From contig JAYWIR010000015.1 of NCBI GenBank assembly GCA_036172245.1, positions 558,001-622,000 on the forward strand: a stretch of 64,000 nucleotides of DNA, in the 5' to 3' direction. Positions 52,229 through 64,000 of the stretch are shown here, in pieces. Each line of letters begins with the position of its first letter. Positions within the stretch are counted from its first letter, which is position 1. A program made the translations under genes and the position numbers. The notes below the pieces were generated by a model. It was not told the DNA's origin, did not search any database, and worked only from the letters and a program-made list of their open reading frames with translations. This stretch comes from Raillietiella orientalis. Its lineage: Eukaryota.

Positions 52229-52546
52229 CGGCGCCTCCTTTCTGCCGCTCGCAGCAGTCGGATCGCCTCTGAAGTTTTGTTCTTTTCTTTTCTTCTTTAC
52301 TGACCTTTGTACATATGTACTTTTTGCTGTTTTTTGTTTGTCCCTAACTCCTCTTTGCCCGTGCGTTCCTCTCACGACAAGCCGTTCTCGAGCAGCGCAG
52401 CCTCCAGGTCTATATGGACGTGGGAGGATGTCGGTCCCCATTAGGAAAAATGAACTCTGTATGACCGTTTTCTTGTAAACAAGTAGCTTTTTTTTTTTTT
52501 TTTTTTTTTTTTTACAATTAACGCCCCGGCGTGACCGGGTGAAAAC
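52229..52546 (+). mobile_element. 5'-truncated LINE 3'UTR of a further subfamily (318 bp)
   Basis: U-rich UTR ending AATTAACGCCCCGGCGTGACCGGGTGAAAAC; 12-bp TSD GCAGAATCGAAT at 52217-52228 and 52547-52558. Confidence 0.85.
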
Positions 52547-55500
52547 GCAGAATCGAATGGGCTCGGACTTGCCGTGTTGGTGATCCGAAGTGGCACGATA
52601 TCGCGCACCGGAGGTTCGAAATCAGCGAGCGTTCGTTTGCTGATCTTTTCCTTCGAGATATGCAGATGAACTCGCCGGTGCGCTCTGTTATGCAAACAGT
52701 TTCTCGCCACTTCCTAATTTCTTTCTTTTCTTTGTTCTCGCCACCCCCCCCTTCCCCCCGCTCTCTCTCTCTCAGCAATGCTGGAGGATGCGTGCAAAGC
52801 AAGCGTGTTGCTTTACGGTTCGCATACAACTTGCGAGGTGCTGCTCCCGGGGGGTGAGTGCTGGTCCATCTCTCTCGGGGAGGCGTGTGCAGCCTGCGAA
52901 TCTGATAAAAGCGAGAGTGATGCCGCTAGGCCGCTACCCTCTTCCCGCATGCTCCTTCGTTTTCCCATCTTGCATCTTCACCCAAAATGCTATATCTCCT
53001 TACAGACATCTGCACTCCGTGAAACGTTGTTTCGGGTTGCAGCCAAAGTGTCAATGCGTCGCGGAGGCCAACTCGATGCGGATCGCCTGTGGATTTGTTT
53101 GTGGAGATGCAAGGAAGAAATGGATACCGGGCTTTCTCTCTGCCTGGCCCGTCTGAGAATGACTTTCCTGAGGTTTCCGCTTCTGGAAAACGTGGGACTG
53201 TCTTTAGAGGTCCACGGACTTTCTGAATGGCGTTGGAAAAGACAACCAGAAGGCTGCTCATTCGCTTTTGCACATTGGGGGACCATCTTGTTTTGGAAAA
53301 ATGTCGCATCTGTCGCGTTGCATTTCTATCTCGTCTTTTTTTTTCGTTTTTTTAATCTTAGGGAAGAGGGCGAAATGAACTTCTCATCCCTCGTGCTCGC
53401 AGTCCGCGAAAGCACACGTGCAGGATGAGCACGCCATTTCGAATTCCCGACTGCCCTTTCGGCTTTCCCGTGCTGCTGCTCTCGCTGCACATCTTCTCTC
53501 GTTTCTGGTTTCGATGTTTCCCGTATGGATGCGTGTCCTCCTGAATTCTCTCATTTCGTCACCATGGCGTACTGCATCGCCGATTCCACCTTGCCCTCCT
53601 CAGCATATCTTATCTCCTTGAAAGTGATTTGTACTTCACCCAATTGATAGGAAACTCAAAAACGCGGAGTACACTTGCAGAACTGCTGGGGCGCTCAGAG
53701 GACAGTGAGAGCCACTCGAGACACACAAATGCAAATTCAGATCTATTCGCCACCTCCCCCCCCCCCTTTTCCAATTGGGGACGATGGATGGACGGAAGCG
53801 AAGACCGTTCCATCCTCTGCCAGTTTTTGACTGGATGCTCAGGAGGAATCGCCGAGGTTCCCGCTCATTTGCACGTGGGACGAACAGACTCGGAAGATTC
53901 TTTTCAGCGCTACCGGAGCAAGGACGGAGTGGGAAGGCGGAATTCGGATGTTTTTCTCAACAGTGCCTATTCAGTTCCCTTTTCCAGATTTCGATTTTCT
54001 TTGTGCTGGATGGCCAGATAAAACAAGTTGAAGTGACCTTATATTTCTAATCATTCGTATCATGTCAGAAACTTTCTCCGTGGATTCGGGAGAGGAATGC
54101 AGTTGCCTTTGCAACGTGAACCTTTAAGTTCCAGTGCAGGAGTGTGATCCTCGCCTCGGTATGAACAGATGAATCCGTGGAAAGGCTGGAAGTGAGGAAT
54201 CACCAAGCCGCTCTTTTAGAAATACTTCTTCGAGAGTCATTGATCGTCATTGCCTGAAGCCAAGGCAGACGTATTCTTCGAGTTATGTTGCTCGAGAGAA
54301 TCCCTCATCTCAAGTCCTTGAGAAAAATCGGGGTAGCTTGAAACATCACTTCTTTTCTGTTTGTTCCAGCTGGTTTCCCTGAGTTCCGACGCTACCTCAA
54401 AACTTTTTTTTTTAGGTACGTACAGGAATGCCACTGACACAGTCTTGGACGCCACTTTGCTTACTTGTTTTCTTTTGCGCAATAATTGCGTTCCATTGGA
54501 AATTTTTGGAAATCCGGGTGTTGGGCTCATCCTCTTCGTCTCTTCATTCATTAGGCGTGCTACTCATTCAGAACTCTCCAGAAGAACGCAAGCTCGCCTT
54601 AGTCCTTATTCCCTTTCAAGCCTGTTCGTTACTTGGATCCGGAGACCCGATAAGCACGCACTTGGTTGCTCCAGTCACTGGGTGTTGCCAGGCTACTGAA
54701 TGCGCCGATTTACTTTCTCTTTGAGTCACCTGCTGATTTCGTCTGCGCGGGTGTACTTTGCTATCTTTCCGAATTTGTGCTCGACTTCTTTTGCAGACAG
54801 TTGGATTTCATGGCATAATAAAAAGAAAAAAAGAGTCTTATGTGTTGTGTTGTTTGCACACCTGTTCTCAGAATTTCTTGGCTTTTCTGTCCTTGAATGG
54901 TTTACTCCTGCAAAAATTTTCCTTGTTGCATTATTTAGCAAAAGCACTCCTTTAGTATGAATTTTCTCTTACTCTTTCTCCTCCTTTGCATCTAATTGGA
55001 AAACCGAAATCACATATAGAGACTTTGAAAAGTTGAGCAATCACAACGTCTTCATCCAGACCAACAGGTTTGGAACGGTGCCATTGTGATACCAGTAAAA
55101 CACTGCCATGGAGAAGTTGGTAGCTTCACAAAATTCATGAAGAACGCAGCTGCTCTTCTGATACCCTCGACGATCCGAGTTCATTCCTTGGAATCGTTCA
55201 GCACAAGGTGACGGGATGGGAATGATCCTCAGGAGATAGGTTCTTGAAGCGAAAGGTGACGCAAGATACCAAAAAAAAGAAAAAGAAATGTAAGACGCTT
55301 AGACAGGAACCTTCCGGCTCCATTCCAAGTGGTTTGATCATTGAAAGTGTTTTTTTTTTCTTTTGCTCTGCGAAGAATCGATGTTAAGTTTGAAAACTTT
55401 CCTCAAGAGTTCCAAGTCGACTGAACCACGCTGAAAGGCTGTCCACACGAAACTCCTTTCCGTGTCAGACCTCCAGGATCTTGCTGGAGCATTTGCTGAC

Positions 55501-57060
55501 GCTACCAAAATCTGCACCGACTACAGCTCCTGGCGAGCTTACTCCCAAACCCTTCCTTGCTGCGCACTATGGCAACCTTCCTCCTGCTGGCTAGCACACG
55601 AGGAACCTTTTTGTCCTCTGACGCAAGTCATGGCAGGATTGGAAGGCAGGAGTGGGCTATTCCCAGCGGTTCATCATAGTAATATTAAAGTGCAAGGCTC
55701 TGTGTATTCTCATCACAGCAACATGTAAAGAAGCCTTGATGTTGTACACCAATCCTTGTAGCCGTTTGTTATTTATGGTGCAGCAGTTCTGGTTATTTGA
55801 GTCTACAAGAACTGGCACACCCTCACTTGAAAGGAAGACCTCAGAAAGCTTTTGGTCCTCCACACTGATACATTGGTTTGCATTTGCCTAACGCATGTTT
55901 TCCAATCTTTATAAGAGTTCGAGGACCTAATGTTTCTTCTAGGTTTTCTGCGCATGCGTGAGGAGTCTTTGCAGAGCTTCGAGCAATGGATCAGCTGATT
56001 CTCTCATGAACACAAATGGTATTTAGCGGATCCAGAGCCAAACTCAAAGCCAGATTCTGTTAGGATCTTGCGACTTTTCATCCTCTGTTGCTTATGCTAC
56101 CCATTTTTTATTCATTCTAATCCTCGAAACCAAAGCTCAGTACTCAGCTAATTTGCCAATGTACATTGCCCAAGTTTCTGAGAGAAAAAATTACCCTACA
56201 AATGAGAGAAAAAAGTTTTTCTTGTACCCTGGAGCATCAGAAAATAACCAGGAATCGAAACACGGTATTTGATAACGACAGTACAGAAACATGCACTCAG
56301 ATGTGTACAATATAGTGTCTTGAACGTTTGGTGTGTAATTTCTGCCTAAGAATGATTTTATTCTTTTTTTCAGAGAGCAACTCGCCGGAGTAAGCCATCT
56401 GCTCTTCGGCGGTTGTTTAGTGGGGACCCTGATCGGCGCCAAAGCATTTAGTTTTCACTTCAGCATCTGCCTACTTCGATTTGACAGTGTTGAAGAGCAT
56501 TTCGACATGACCTGGAAATCAATTGGAAGATGCAAAGGAATGAGTTTTCTGCCATTTACTTTGAAGTAAGAATGCCCGACAGTTTTTCCGGTTCAATCTG
56601 TCAGAATTTTTGAGAAAGCAAGATGGTATTAGAATTTTAATTCTTAGATTTATGTGCAGTGTTTAGTCTTGTATCTCGTGTGGTTTGCTGATTCTGCATG
56701 ACAATTAACTTGGTTTCAGCACAGAAAGTTTACTTTGTTCGTCAACCTCTTAGCTGCCAACCTTTCAATGTGAACTTTCGTAACCTCGACATTTTTATCC
56801 CCGTCATCTGATGTGTGCATTCACATTGCTCTACTGATCTCGCATCCATCCATTTTGCAGTTCAGAAGGCATTGGCTTTGTCTTGGCAAAAACGAGCATT
56901 TTTCGTCCAGGAAAATCCCAGCTGGCCAACGAAACGCCTTCGGGTCGCATTCATCCTTGCTTCTGGCACACTGTCGGCTTGCTTGCAGCCACTTTATGGA
57001 ACATCGTCAACAGAATGCTGTGCTAAAAATCTCTCTGAATTCTTGCAGGAATGCTTTCTG

Positions 57061-57160
57061 AACCCAATGAAAGGATACAAGAACGCATAACAGAAATGCA
57101 AAACTCTGTAAACCCAATGAAAGGATACGAGAACGCATAACAGAAATGCAAAACTCTGTA
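57061..57160. repeat. Tandem duplication 2 x 50 bp (1 mismatch)
   Basis: aacccaatgaaaggatac(a/g)agaacgcataacagaaatgcaaaactctgta twice. Confidence 0.95.
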
Positions 57161-60100
57161 ATCTCTGTAATCTTAAGCACATAAGATATTTATGGAATGC
57201 GCAACTCCTACAAGGGATGTTTTTTCCATCTCAGAAGACTACTGACGGGACTCAGACATCAGGTAATGCTCTCGTTCAACCGAGGAAATGCTCTGCAGAT
57301 GTCATAGTGGCTTAACAAATTCTTCTGCGTACAGATGCGCTCGTTTTTGCCTGTAACCCCAGTAGTCATGCAGCTCCACTATCGCTAATGGAATTTAATG
57401 AAAGCAAACCTTTTCCTATGCTGTTCTGGATCGTGCTTTACAGGCATTAACTTCGTAACGTGGATGAAACAATCGGTGAGACAAGTTATCTGGAAGGAAT
57501 GGATCCAGTAGGATCACTTGGGATGAATGCCTTCTCATTTTCACGAACGCACTTATCCGACTTTTCATGGAATTTAATTCGCTTTCAGTCAGGACAGAAA
57601 TCTCTTTTTCCTAAAGTGAAAGCGTAACCGGCTGTGACTATCCGCATAATTTTACGAAAGATATGTTTGTGATGAAATATATGCAGGGATGAAAAGTTAT
57701 CATTAATCAATCGGTCAATTTTCTATTTCAGATTTTCTAAAATGGAAGGCTGGCTTATTCATTATCTCCTATTCTGGCCATTATTACTACTTTGCATCGT
57801 GGCTCAGAGAAGCTGCATCAGGAGATGAGGCAACATTGGCTTCTAGGACAGCCGTGGTAGATGGAGCAAAACAAGATTCCACAACTGTCGCTAAGGCATA
57901 GAAGCGGTAATCGCACAACAGATTAGGGCATTGCTACATCAGTCAAAAAGATTGTGGCAGGAAACGTACATGCGATTAGCTTTTACGAAACACGTGAAAG
58001 ATGGGAGTAAAATCTGCATCCATTCAGCCATTGGGAAGAAACAATACGAACAGCAGCATTGTAAACTAGTGCAAAGATTACTACGAATCTTTGGACATGT
58101 TTACAGCTCAGAGTAGTATTTCCGAGTAATGATTTTCCGTGTTCTTGCAGAGCTCTTACTGGTGGTATTTATAGCAGCGTGCCTTTATCAAACCAGTCAG
58201 CTTCCTTGTTTTAGATGGAACGAAAGGATTAGATTACGAAGGTTTCGTTAGAAACAAGAAAATAGCGTAAAAGATACGGCATATTTATTTAACCTTGACA
58301 CCTATTCTTGGGCAGTTCAACAAAATGACTTGGAACTCTTCGTGAGCTTTAGAAGAGCATGCTCATGTATCGTCAGTGATGAGGACCTTCCTCGTGTGTT
58401 GGGATAAAACCCGAGACCCTTCAAAACTCAAGAGTCTTCAGTTATCGTTTCAACCAATGCATATTTTGTTAGCATTTCAACAAAAACAGCGAAAAAACTG
58501 CTGCTCATTGAATCCATATTCTACATTCTAATCTGAATCTAAAGTATTTAAAGTTGACGACTTCTGCTCTTTGTTCTGTATAGCAAGTTACTGTGGAAGT
58601 GTCCTTGCTCTTCATGAGCTCCTTCATGACTCGCTGATTTCTCTAGATTACTGTGCTATTGCCACAGATGAGCTGATGAGCTGTAAGCTGCTTCCAATCT
58701 CGTACATGGCAATACTCAGCATGTGACAGTCATCAGAACCGTAATTCCAAATCAAGATCCTGAGACAAGAAGCACGTTTGGTTCTTGCAAAAAGGATGTG
58801 GAGAAACGCAGGAGCAGGCTTTCACGACTAGTCGCTGACTGCTTCTGCCAAATACGAGGGAACGTTTCATTCGAAGCCCGCTGGCTGTTTTCCTGTCCAA
58901 GGACTTCGATTGCTTGCGATTGCAATGTTTGAGCAATGAGGGATGTTTCTCACGTGTGAATTATTGACACTTTGCACAGTTGACCATTCTGAAGCATTGT
59001 AAATCAGATCCGAACCAAACTTGGCTTCAGAGTTTTCAGAGGAGCAGCAGTGATATGCATGTTTATTTGGACGAATTTGAGAAATATGATTGGTATCGAA
59101 GATATCTCGAGAATTGCAGGCGGATTTACTTATACCAAAAATTAGCTGCAAATGTTAGCCATTGGGCTTTCTAGGTATGATATTTCTGACTTAGCGTGTG
59201 TGTTTTGCTTCATTCCCCCTCCCCCCCCAAACACACCCTTTTTTTCTTTTTTAGTAAGGAACGTTGCCATCTCCAAAATCAGATTCCATCTGGAATTGAG
59301 CAAACCTTCATTTGGGAAAGGTCGAAGCGGATGCTTGTTAAAACTCAACCATACATAGCCAAAAAGAATTTTCATACTTGGTTAAACTTCAAAGAATTGT
59401 GGAACAGAAAACAGTTATTTGAAATCAGTTATTTGTACTTAAGAAAAAAACACGAATTCCAGGGAATGAACAGATGAAACAGTCAGCTGTCTGACAGAGA
59501 ATATGCAGTAGATATAATGAGTTTTTAAATGAATCTCGCCTTGTCGAGGAAAAGAAGAATGAGCCCCATAGTGCAAATTCGTAGATAACCAGACACAACG
59601 GAACGTTAAGAATTCGTTTCTTCGTAATGTCGGAAGGTTTACAAGACCCCAGGCAATGGTGTAGGCCCCAGTAGAACCAAGGGTTCGCAGCAGATTAGAA
59701 TGATCGAAAACAGAGGCAAACGGTAAGAACAAGATACCAACAAGAATACTTTCAAGTCATTAAGATTGTGAATGAGCTCGGAATAGGTAAATTCAAACAC
59801 GCGGCGGTGGATGTGATTCCACTACTATAAAATTACTTAGAAAGGCGATTGTTTAGAACGCAGTCTGCAAATGAAAAAAATATCTAAATCAAAATCTGGA
59901 GCACACAGCTGTTAGTGGATGCATCAGCCTGGATCGATGACTGGAATTCCATCGTCTTAGTGACAGATACATGGTACCATTTTAAAGATGTGCAGCGACT
60001 TCCCGGTTGCTTCATACTTTCCAACAAGGATAAGTAATGGCATTTTGGAAAATCAAGTTCACTGAAATTCAGTTCAGGGCAAATCCCTTGCTATAAATCT

Positions 60101-62003
60101 GAATCAGACACGATTCGTAAACCTGGATAACAGCATTTTGCTTTGCAAAGTGCTGTTATCCTTGAAGTGCCTTGCAGTTCTCATTTTGGAATTCAAAATG
60201 CCTTTTCATTCAATGCCTGTGAAGCATGAAGAATTCTTTGCTCTTCATTCTTCTCATCATCAAGCACAAAGGACTTCATTCAGGTCTTTGAGGAACGTGA
60301 AGATACTTGCAAGTGGTTTACATACATAAAGACTTTATTTTCTGCTTTCGGCTATCAAATTGGACTGATGAGGGAGGGAGGAGACTCTAAGGGTCCAATG
60401 GGTGATGGAACTGACAAGAAGAGTTTGAACTATGCACGCTAACTATGGATTAGCCGATAAAGAAAGAAATGAACGAAGGACAATTCATGGAGGCAAAGGA
60501 TAAGAGAGTTTCAAAAAATGGCAATTACATTACTATCCACTCATTATTGAGTTTAACGAAGATATAACACGTTATCAGAGTCATTGCAACCATGGCAACT
60601 CAGATTGGATTGAGCTCTGTAAAAGCAGATTTTCTTGCACGGGTTTCTTACTAAATAATGTCACGAAGCTTACATTCGCTAAAAACTGAATCCTGAGGAC
60701 AAAAAGGATCAAAGTCTTAATGGTTATGGTTATGCCGAACCACTCTTGCCGAAGATTGTAATGAAGTATTGGCACAAGAATAGTAAATAACTAAGTGCAG
60801 ACAGAGAATAGCCGTGCATAAAGAGAGTGTAAAGAAAAGCAGATTGCATTTGGGGCAAATTCGAGAATTCTAAACAAAAACCTTGAATTTGCAAACAAAC
60901 TCATAAATAAATTAGCAAACTCTTTGAAAAACAACAGCTACACCTTAAGCAAGCATACTTTCTTCTTTATAAATGTTAAACTGAGTCATGGCTTGAGAAT
61001 TGAGCGTCCTTCCATAACATCTGCACAGAAACTGCCGTATGTCTGAAGCTTTGTTTTGTTGCATGAAGTATCGAGGGGGATAATCCCCAAACTCCCACCT
61101 TTGACCGGTAGTCTAGATTATTCCGGTTTACGAAGATGGCAAACATATACAACAGATCGTGATCCAGAAGGAAACTTTCAGAAAGGAGACCAGTAAAAAA
61201 CCAGTGCTTGCAAAAACGATATATTGTTTTCTTTCTTTCTCATCCGCAGGATGGCTTAAAATTATTCAAACGAAGGTTCACCGGCTGGATTAAGCAGAAC
61301 AAAAACTTATCAACATAAAAACCTGTTTTTTTTTTGTTTTTTCTTCAGCGAGAGTCCAAACCGACCTGGAAATAATCCATGAAAGCTAAAGTACGAGGGT
61401 CTTCGTCGGTGACTGACGGTCGTTACCTTCCTGAAATTGCCAAGTGCATCCTGTGCATTAATACATTCTCTACCAAAACTTATTGGTGAATGCCACGAAA
61501 ATCAAAAAAACGAGCATGCCGTCGGTAGTAAGCCCCCCCCCCCCTCCCCCCAGGAATTCAGCTCCGATTTTCTTAATCTCTCTAAATCACTTGCAATACC
61601 CGTTTTATGTCCATCATCATTCTCTTTCTTCAGCAATCGAAGACACTGTCCAATTCAGTTCGAATAGCAACACATGCCACTTCGTTTCGAGTATGTGTCG
61701 GAATTTTGAAATAAAAAAATAATTGCAGCTTTTAAGTAGTTCGTAAGCTAAGTGCTTTGAAATGAAAAAAAGAAAAAGCAAAAAAGGGTTAACCATAACG
61801 AATGAAACGTAAACCACCGGCCTTTAATTTCAGAAGGGAGTCAAACGGAATTGGTACGGATGGCATGAATCTTTCCGTAATGTTAGTTGCAAAGTGGTCA
61901 AGGAAGGTGTGTTTTCAAAATGAACGAACGGTGGTTTTATAATTGAAAAAAAAAAAAAAAAAAAAAAAAAGAGGGAGCTGATTAATCCAATTCAGCAGGA
62001 GTT

Positions 62004-63961
62004 ATGAGTTTGATATTTCGAAAAGACGTGTCTGGAGTGTCATGCGTTTTGCTGACGTACATCGTCTTGATTTATGCAGATTATGTTGTAATAAAATGGA
62101 TAATATTAGATGGGATGGGTAACAGGTACAAATTTTGTTGCTTTCTTGTGTTGTTCGGAAATCTTTAACTCTTGACGTGTGGTTCATGACTGTTGGGGAT
62201 TTGCATTCGATGAGAAAAAAAATTGCCCCACAAATTCTCAGGTTCCTAATGTGCATCACATAGTGGAAGAGTAATGTGTCATATGTGTGTAGTGGGTCTA
62301 AATGAGGACGATTCCATGGTTCGGTAAATTCTGCGTATGATACTGCTGTTAACGCGTTTTTTTTTTTTAAATTTGAGGTAGGAGACCATACCTATCCAAG
62401 TACTCATTCAGACGTATTTTCTTTTGTATGTGAATATTGGAAGAATTCTGTATGAAGTTATATCAGTTAGGTCTCATGAGGTATAAGTCATGAAATTTTT
62501 GTACAGTTGCAGAAGCAGATTGAAAATCCATTTTATAATGAGGAGAAAGTGAGTAATGAAGAAAGACAACGGTGACATGTAGGAAACTTGTGAAGATCCC
62601 AAGGAAGTTATTTACAAGCTCGTGCAATGCCTTTTGAATGTGATGAAATTTGGTGGAATATAAGAAGTAATAAATTTCATTCATCATGAACGTTGAGCAT
62701 TGACTGGTGTTTTGTCACCCATTGTTCTAGTGTTTCATGTGACAAATTTGGGAAATATGAAAACAGCAGCAGCCGAATCTTTTAAGTTGATCTGCCTATG
62801 TACTGTTTATTGGTGGCTGAGTAATGCTGAAAATAGTAGTCGTATATATAATTGTTTACAGCCAATGTACTTGAAGTTCTTGTAAAACTTACAGTCTGTA
62901 TAAGTCAAAAATGAATGGAATAATGGCATTTGAAAGAGCTTCCATTTTGAAAGCATGAGTAACCAATTCGAAACCATATTTATTTGCTGGCCAGGAATGA
63001 TATACTCATTTCAAAATTACATGAATAAGCTTCCCTGCAAATATTGCTTTTAAATTCAAATGTATGAAATGAAGGAAGTTAAATCCAAAAAGGAAACATT
63101 GCTTCAACTGTGTGTATGGTTTCAGAAATATAGTTTTGCTGTATTTGCTCTCATGTTGGATATGGTGAAGAGTTTTGTTGTAACTGAATATTTTTGGTTT
63201 GTTGTGATGTAAATTTTGTACGGAAGGTTATATTAGCATTTGAAGTGAGCTTTTTGTAGTGGTTTAGTGTCGAAGTCAGTTCAGAGTCTAAGAGTGTGGC
63301 ATTGAAAATTTTCAAATACATATTTGAATAGTTATAAACATAACGATGTAGTTGAACCCTTCTGCATATCAAAATTTGTAATGTATTTAATGTATTATGT
63401 GTCTTAATAAATTTGTAATTAGCTTGTGGGGAACACTAAATGGTGTAATGTTCAATGGTCTGATGATTATATTGTTGACTTCTCATACCCGAGCAATAAT
63501 CACAGATCCTGGAGTTGTACCCCTCCCCAAAGTGAGACTAGATTTTTCTGATTTTCATTCAGGTATTGAAGTCTTTATTTTTGATGATAATGTGAGACTT
63601 CTTAATTCACGAATCGATGTATTTCAGGACAGAAATGCAATAGTGAGAAGGAATGGACAGTATGTAATCGCTGTGAGATGTATCGCCCTCCAAGAGCTCA
63701 TCACTGTCGGGTTTGCCAAAGATGCATTAAACGAATGGACCACCATTGCCCTTGGTAGTAAAAGTTGTAATTCCTATTTGCATGTAAATCAGCGTGATCC
63801 AGGATCAACAACTGTGTTGGCGAGCAGAATCAGAAATTTTTCATTCAGTTCCTGGTTTATGTCTCCCTTCTAGCTGGTTATGCACTTATTTTAATAGCTG
63901 CAACTTGGCTATCTCCATGTGACCACTGTAGTCAAGACTTGTCATCCAGACAGCATAAATT
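62004..63961 (+). CDS. ZDHHC3: DHHC palmitoyltransferase, ZDHHC3/7 (Dnz1)-like; exons 62004-62125, 63423-63562, 63628-63754, 63803-63961; continues past the window
   Basis: [107 protein letters not shown]. Confidence 0.93.
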
Positions 63962-64000
63962 GTGAGGATATATTATGTGCTCTAGATTTTTTTTTTTTTT

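Noticed and set aside
52516..52541. Terminal hairpin as a 5S rRNA fragment (CGCC..ACCGGGTG)
   Set aside because: Similarity is limited to ~12 nt, there is no other 5S sequence, and the TSDs place the hairpin inside the element.
1..64000. CRISPR arrays, operons, rRNA or prokaryotic systems
   Set aside because: The DNA is spliceosomal-intron-containing animal sequence; the hairpin repeats are dispersed TE ends, not regularly spaced arrays.

Overview
Eukaryotic (animal, probably arthropod) genomic DNA. I assembled seven host genes by hand from GT-AG splice sites: 5' part of PEPD (-), ARPC5 (-), a FRAT/GBP-like gene (-), IFT74 (+), PMVK (-), NAE1/APPBP1 (+) and the 5' part of a ZDHHC3/7-like gene (+). 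Most introns are very short (40-66 nt). No host gene was recognised in 10-20 kb or 34-61 kb; the latter is rich in transposon remains. The main observation is a family of L1/Tx1-like non-LTR retrotransposons (ORF1 with two CCHC knuckles, RT with YADD, C-terminal zinc finger) that lack a poly(A) tail. They end in AATAAA followed by a conserved GC hairpin (CGCCCCGG-N5-CCGGGTG). Eight such termini are visible, four with clear 8-14 bp target-site duplications, including a 33-bp insertion that is essentially only the hairpin. The window also holds internally deleted derivatives of this family, a hAT MITE with a perfect TSD, piggyBac and copia relics, a tRNA-like SINE head and a possible NUMT. All family assignments come from motif recognition by eye; no searches were run.
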